A stretch of DNA of 64,000 nucleotides from an uncultured Chloroflexia bacterium (lineage in GTDB: Bacteria; Chloroflexota; Limnocylindria; Limnocylindrales; CSP1-4). Positions 59,221-64,000 of this stretch are shown piece by piece. Below the pieces are notes generated by a model. It was not told where the DNA came from. It did no database searches and saw only the letters and a program-made list of their open reading frames with translations. How positions within the stretch are numbered: the stretch's first letter is position 1; the number at the start of each line of letters is the position of its first letter. The stretch is from the NCBI GenBank assembly GCA_963752475.1, contig CAVVYR010000006.1:352001-416000 (forward strand). The letters run 5' to 3'. The translations under genes were made by a program, and so were the position numbers.

Positions 59221-61494
59221 ATGGACGACCGTATCGTCCCGCGCGCGGCGCGGGCTCGACGACCGTGGCGAACGGTGCGGGTGATGGCGGCGCTAGGGCC
59301 CATCCTCGCCCTGGCTCTCACGACCGCCGGCAGCTATGAAGTCACCGCCAAGGAAGACGGACCAAGGCTGCTCTACCTTCCGATGCGCTGGTGCGTGCTC
59401 GAGGGGAGTCAGGCCTCCAAACGCAATCCTGACGGGGCCGTGCTCGAACGGATCCGCCGGGCGAGCAGCATCCTCGCGCCCAGGGCTGGGATCACCCTGC
59501 GCAGCGCCATCAACAACTCCCTCGGCGATTCGCTTGGCTTCCCCGTGATCAAGGACCCGCGCAAACGTCCGGGTCGCCCTGGTGACGTCCGCACGCCGGT
59601 GGAGTCGAGCGGTGAGTACGAACTCGTCGTCTCGGCCTGTGAGCAGGCTTGGCAGCGGATGGAACGGCTGGCTGGGAAACAAGTCTCCTTCGGCGGGCTG
59701 GCGAAGGGCCCGATCGCAGTGATCATCCGTGACTTCGTGAACGGGAACGGGACGCCGGTGGGCAACGTCTGGGGCTACGCCAGGGCCGCTCGCGTCGATC
59801 GGGACTACTGCAATGCCAGGCTGGCACCGGTCAGGCACGCTACCGGTGGGAGCCTGCTCGTGGTCGACTCTCGAGATGGCCATCCCAGTCGTATCCTCGA
59901 CCGCCGGCTCGTGGCACATGAGATCGGGCACATCCTTCTTCTCGGTCACGGCAACGGCCTCGACGACCTCGGCTCGCAGCCGAACAGGATCGACAAATGG
60001 TGTGATGCGACGGAGAACCCGGACATCGTGCCCGGTTCGCTCATGACCTACACGCTGAGCTACGAGAACATGGAGCCGTGGCAGCAACGGCTACCGCGCC
60101 ACGTGGTCTCCAAGCATCCGGCCGGAGTCGGTGCCGTCCCCTTCCTGCAGCCGCGAGTCCGGCAGAAGCGGGTGAAGCAACTGCAACGAATCGCCAACGG
60201 CGGTTCACGTATCGTCCGGCGGCTCGTGCCGCCGACTCGCCCACCGCTCACGCCGCTCCCCAGGCTGTGGTCGGCCGGGGTCCGCGGTGATGACTTTGCC
60301 GACCGCCCACGTGACATGAAGACACCAGGCGGGAAGCGCTTGCCGTCGACGATGGATTTGGATCGGCTGACGGTGACACGGGATGTCGACAACGGCGACG
60401 TCAGTCTGGCGGTCTCGCCGCGGACGATGACCCGTGCTGCGATCGCGACTGGAGGCGCCGAACGCAAGGAGGAGAAGGTCGCGCGCAAGGAGGAGCAGTT
60501 GGTCGCGGTCTTCCTCGACGCGGACGGCGATCCCAAGACCGGCGGTCCGCTGTCGACGATCCCTGGAAACCCCGTGCCCGAGTTGGATGGCGTGACTGGT
60601 ATCGAGCTGCTCAGCATCGTTCGAGCGGTCGACGGTGAGGTCATCGCGCAGGCGTGGCGCTGGGATGATGAGACCGACTCTTGGCAAGAGATCGTGCCGC
60701 CGCCGCTGGCGGAGGTGACGGTCCGCATCGACGAAGAGGAACACGGACCGAGCAAGCAGAAGCCTGAGCCAGGCGCCAGTGGTCAAGCGCCGATGCCCGA
60801 CACCTTCGTGGTGAGCATCCCGAGCGGCGTGGTCGAACTCGGCGAGAGCTACCGGACCGGAGCGCTCCTGCGCACCACGAAGCCGAACGGACGCACGTAC
60901 GTCGACATGGTTCCCACCGATCCCGCGGCTGAGCTCGTAGCCATGAGTGCCGGCGACGTCGAATATCCGGTCTGTGCCGTGAACCGCGACACGGAGGTAC
61001 CAGGCACCGCGCAGCTGGGCGACCTGGTCACGCTCGAGGTCGACGGCTTCAAGAAGGGCGGCCCGCTCACCGTCTGGCTCGGCGACCAGGAGAAGCCGGT
61101 GGCCCGGCTCGACTACCAGGACATGCCCTGCGACTGGCCCTGGGTCGGCGAGTTCAAGCTGCCGAAGGAGCTTGCCCCATACACCGACGAGACAGCCGAG
61201 TCAGAGGAAGACGAGCCGCGCGATGGCGCGGCCACTTCGGAGTCCGATGGATCGACGCCGGAGCCGTCACCACCTGCGGCGGTCGGCACTGAGGCGTCTG
61301 GCGATGGCCTCTACATGCTCCAGGTGGTGCTGGACGGCACCGGCCTTACCGCCGACTGCCCGGTCGTCATCGGTGAACCGGAGATGCCCGAGTGGTTCGC
61401 GGAGGACGACGAGGAAGCCGCCGGTGAGATCGATGAGGCATCCGGCGCTGACGCGGTGTCGCTAGCTGACAGCGGGGAGGATGACGAGGGGTAG
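59221..61494 (+). CDS. Secreted metzincin-like Zn metalloprotease with acidic C-terminal domains (start uncertain)
   Basis: Signal-like N-terminus, AHEIGHILLLGH, Met-turn-like SLMTY. Confidence 0.65.
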   Translation: MDDRIVPRAARARRPWRTVRVMAALGPILALALTTAGSYEVTAKEDGPRLLYLPMRWCVLEGSQASKRNPDGAVLERIRRASSILAPRAGITLRSAINNSLGDSLGFPVIKDPRKRPGRPGDVRTPVESSGEYELVVSACEQAWQRMERLAGKQVSFGGLAKGPIAVIIRDFVNGNGTPVGNVWGYARAARVDRDYCNARLAPVRHATGGSLLVVDSRDGHPSRILDRRLVAHEIGHILLLGHGNGLDDLGSQPNRIDKWCDATENPDIVPGSLMTYTLSYENMEPWQQRLPRHVVSKHPAGVGAVPFLQPRVRQKRVKQLQRIANGGSRIVRRLVPPTRPPLTPLPRLWSAGVRGDDFADRPRDMKTPGGKRLPSTMDLDRLTVTRDVDNGDVSLAVSPRTMTRAAIATGGAERKEEKVARKEEQLVAVFLDADGDPKTGGPLSTIPGNPVPELDGVTGIELLSIVRAVDGEVIAQAWRWDDETDSWQEIVPPPLAEVTVRIDEEEHGPSKQKPEPGASGQAPMPDTFVVSIPSGVVELGESYRTGALLRTTKPNGRTYVDMVPTDPAAELVAMSAGDVEYPVCAVNRDTEVPGTAQLGDLVTLEVDGFKKGGPLTVWLGDQEKPVARLDYQDMPCDWPWVGEFKLPKELAPYTDETAESEEDEPRDGAATSESDGSTPEPSPPAAVGTEASGDGLYMLQVVLDGTGLTADCPVVIGEPEMPEWFAEDDEEAAGEIDEASGADAVSLADSGEDDEG

Positions 61495-61512
61495 TCCCGC
61501 TGCCGGCTGGCG

Positions 61513-62220
61513 TTAGCGGCGGCGCAGGGGAGGCGTATCGAGGCAGATTACGTGCGCCCGCGACCCGACGCTGCCCTCGGTCTCCGGGCTGGTGACGGCT
61601 GGGGCCTGCCAGCCCACGGGCTTGTCACCTCCGATGACGCTGCTGGCGCTGATGATGCCGTCGGTGAGGAAGCCGCCTGAGAGCGCCACGTCACCCTTGT
61701 CACAGGTCGCGGTGGCGCCGGTCCGAACGCCGTCGAGATTGTCCCCGCAGGCCGAGCAGGGGGTGGCGACGACGTAGGTCGCGATCGAGCCGACCTCGCC
61801 CACGGTCCCACGAGACCCCTTCGGTCCGGGCGCGCCGTCGACGCCACCTCGCCCATCCTTGCCGTCCGTGCCGTCGCTGGCGTCGGCACCCCTGACGCCC
61901 CGGTCTCCGCGAGAGCCGCGTTGGCCCGGCAGGCCTCGTGGTCCTATCGGGCCCTTCGGCCCCCGCGCACCTTGGCTGCCGGCGTCCGGGTACTCGTACC
62001 ACACTGCCCGCCAGTCCTGCGGAGGATCGCATCCGGCTGGACCATTGATTCCGAGAGCCCTCACAGTGTCGTTGTCGTAGCTGTCCACGCAGGCCTCGTA
62101 TCGGACGCCGCTGGCAGCGAATGCTCCAGGCAGCAGACCTACGATCAGCACGCCCGGCACGAGCAGCGCGATGAGCATCCTGGCACGTCGACCGAGCCCA
62201 CCGGCAACTACCCGACTCAT
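61513..62220 (-). CDS. Secreted collagen-like protein C
   Basis: Signal peptide, 22 G-X-Y triplets (one G>A), C-terminal A.C..GD.A.SGGF...IC domain. Confidence 0.85.
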   Translation of the reverse strand: MSRVVAGGLGRRARMLIALLVPGVLIVGLLPGAFAASGVRYEACVDSYDNDTVRALGINGPAGCDPPQDWRAVWYEYPDAGSQGARGPKGPIGPRGLPGQRGSRGDRGVRGADASDGTDGKDGRGGVDGAPGPKGSRGTVGEVGSIATYVVATPCSACGDNLDGVRTGATATCDKGDVALSGGFLTDGIISASSVIGGDKPVGWQAPAVTSPETEGSVGSRAHVICLDTPPLRRR

Positions 62221-62963
62221 GACGCGGCCTTCCGGTGCTTCGTGCCGAGGTCGGCGCAGATCACCTGGACCCGCAGCTCGGAGGGGCCATCGGCCGGCGC
62301 CAGCGCAATCGCCTGCCAGCTCGTTGGAGAAGGCGCCCCTTGACCGAGACTGGCCAGCACCAGGCCGTCGGTCTCGAAACCCCCGCCAAGCGCGAAGTCG
62401 CCCCCGTCGCAGCTGGCGTGGGCGGTCATCAGTCGGCCATCGCTCCCGGAGGTCGAAGCCCAGACCGAGTACGTGACGAGTTCGGCCATGGGCCCTCGTG
62501 GTCCCCGGGGCCCAGTCGCGCCCTGGGCGCCGTCCTTGCCGTCCTTGCCGTCCTTGCCGTCCTTCCCGTCCTTCCCGTCCTTCCCGTCCTTGCCCGGCTT
62601 GCCCACGAGTCCCTTCGGGCCCCGAACGCCCTTCGGTCCTCTTTGACCTGCCGCTCCCCTCGGCCCTGCCGCTCCCCTAGGCCCTGTCTGGTGCCAGACG
62701 ATTCGCGGGTGGCCCGAGTCGCAGGCTGGACTGCCACCTACCGACACACCGTACAGCTCATTGCCGTCGTAGCAGGCTCCGTAGACCTGGCCGGCGGCGA
62801 AGGTCGGCCTCGCCACCAGCAAGGGCCCTGAGGCAAGGGCCAACCCAAGTGTGATCGCGACGAGTTGCACAGCTCGACGCGCGAGCTGACGCGGCCCACT
62901 CGACACTCCGTGTGCCTTCGGTGGACTCGGTGGCGACAGGTCGTCCGGCGATACGGCACTCAT
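62217..62963 (-). CDS. Secreted collagen-like protein B
   Basis: Signal peptide, 22 G-X-Y triplets including (GKD)7, same C-terminal domain; ATGA-coupled. Confidence 0.85.
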   Translation of the reverse strand: MSAVSPDDLSPPSPPKAHGVSSGPRQLARRAVQLVAITLGLALASGPLLVARPTFAAGQVYGACYDGNELYGVSVGGSPACDSGHPRIVWHQTGPRGAAGPRGAAGQRGPKGVRGPKGLVGKPGKDGKDGKDGKDGKDGKDGKDGAQGATGPRGPRGPMAELVTYSVWASTSGSDGRLMTAHASCDGGDFALGGGFETDGLVLASLGQGAPSPTSWQAIALAPADGPSELRVQVICADLGTKHRKAAS

Positions 62964-63664
62964 GATCGGGCCCGCTTGTGCTTGGCGCCGAGGTCCGCAC
63001 ACACGACGTAGACCTGCAGCTCGGATGCTCCGTCGTCTGCTGCGAGAGCGCTTGCGTGCCACGCCGTGGGCGATCGGCTGCTCTGGCCAAGACTGCTGAG
63101 GATGAGACCGTCGGTCTCGAATCCCCCGCCGGTCGCAAGGTCGCCGTCGTCGCAGGCGGCACTCACCGTCATCAACCGACCGGCGCTTGCCGAGGTCGTG
63201 GCGAACACCGAGTACGTCGGGAAGTCGAGCGTCGGTCCTTGGAGCCCCCGGGGCCCAGTCGCTCCGCGGGCGCCGTCCTTGCCGTCCTTGCCGTCCTTGC
63301 CGAGCTTGCCGTCCTTGCCGTCCTTGCCGTCCTTGCCTGGCTTGCCCTTGACGCCCTTCGGCCCCCTGACGCCCTTCGGTCCTCTCGGCCCTGCCGGCCC
63401 GGCTTGCCCGCGGGGGCCGGTCGCACCTGTCTCGCCCCAGACGATCCGGCTACCCCCGCAGCTGGCTCCGCGTCCCTGTGTGATGGACCTCAGGGACGTG
63501 GGGCCCGACTCCCCCATCTGGTACACGCAGGCACTGTAGACCTGGGTCGCCGCACGGGCAGGCGGAGTGGCCCCGAACGGCCCAAAGACGAGGGCCAGTC
63601 CGACCACGCACGCGACGGACTGCCCGCCTCGGTGCATTGGCATGCGGCCTCGATCTCGCGTCAT
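62960..63664 (-). CDS. Secreted collagen-like protein A
   Basis: Signal peptide, 23 G-X-Y triplets, same C-terminal domain. Confidence 0.85.
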   Translation of the reverse strand: MTRDRGRMPMHRGGQSVACVVGLALVFGPFGATPPARAATQVYSACVYQMGESGPTSLRSITQGRGASCGGSRIVWGETGATGPRGQAGPAGPRGPKGVRGPKGVKGKPGKDGKDGKDGKLGKDGKDGKDGARGATGPRGLQGPTLDFPTYSVFATTSASAGRLMTVSAACDDGDLATGGGFETDGLILSSLGQSSRSPTAWHASALAADDGASELQVYVVCADLGAKHKRARS

Positions 63665-63813
63665 CGCATCGCCTCTCGTGCGGCCATCTTGCCAGACTCG
63701 CGCAAGGGCACAAGGTGTCTATCTCCGGTGTGCCCATTCGGGCAGTGTGGGACGCCCGACCGTTTGCCCCGCCTACGCTTGCTGGCTTGGCCTCCTTGGC
63801 CGACCCTCGGTGA

Positions 63814-64000
63814 GTGATCCAGGACGTAGACGAATCCCTACGTGCCCTCCTTAAGCAGGACGCGGTGAGTAACAACGGTGTCGACATCGCGTTCGATGCG
63901 CCCACGACCGAGTGGGTTTCGCGTCGCAACGCCCCGACTGTCGATCTGTACCTGTACGACATCCGAGAGGATCTCTCGCGGCGCCAGACGATGTGGGAAG
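63814..64000 (+). CDS. Pvc16/DUF4255 tail terminator (5' part, truncated by the window)
   Basis: Manual translation MIQDVDESLRALL...VDIAFDAPTTEWVSRRNAPTVDLYLYDIREDL; absent from the ORF track. Confidence 0.88.
   Translation, partial: MIQDVDESLRALLKQDAVSNNGVDIAFDAPTTEWVSRRNAPTVDLYLYDIREDLSRRQTMWE

Larger units (their letters stand above)
42723..64000. mobile_element. Putative genomic island carrying a contractile injection system (right end outside the window)
   Basis: Abrupt junction with truncated leuS, visibly different codon usage (more A/T-ending codons), accessory content; no integrase in the window. Confidence 0.6.

Noticed and set aside
62532-62594. 9-bp tandem repeats (also about 63275-63337) as independent VNTRs
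   Set aside because: Explained by (GKD)n collagen coding, with synonymous variation.

Overview
High-GC bacterial DNA in three blocks. The host is probably not an actinomycete, because Rho is the short 423-aa form; Chloroflexota is my inference, not established. (1) 1-21.3 kb is a sugar/sugar-acid catabolic region with two TPP-dependent E1 systems plus free lipoyl domains, GntR regulators, an ABC transporter, kinase, aldolases and dehydrogenases. It is interrupted by an IS110 element, and about 9.7-19.1 kb is riddled with indels that look like sequencing error. (2) 21.4-42.7 kb is core genome (pyrG, fsa, rho, obgE, nadD, rsfS, holA, comEC, comEA) with small insertions: a DUF4160/DUF2442 pair, three LLM oxidoreductase paralogs and a serine hydrolase. 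(3) From about 42.72 kb to the window end is an apparent island abutting an orphan 3' fragment of leuS. It carries a Streptomyces-type contractile injection system (CIS), two DUF4157 proteins, a MalT/BTAD regulator, a secreted metalloprotease and three length-matched secreted collagen-like proteins. Best leads: the IS110 sits exactly in an ATGA stop/start overlap and rebuilds translational coupling through an element-long antisense ORF, with readable bridge-RNA guides; the CIS island is apparently integrated in leuS; the collagen trio; a probable -1 frameshift in the CIS tail chaperone; and a TGCCC-N4-GGGCA operator-like motif across the island promoters. All family calls are from motif recognition by eye, not database searches.
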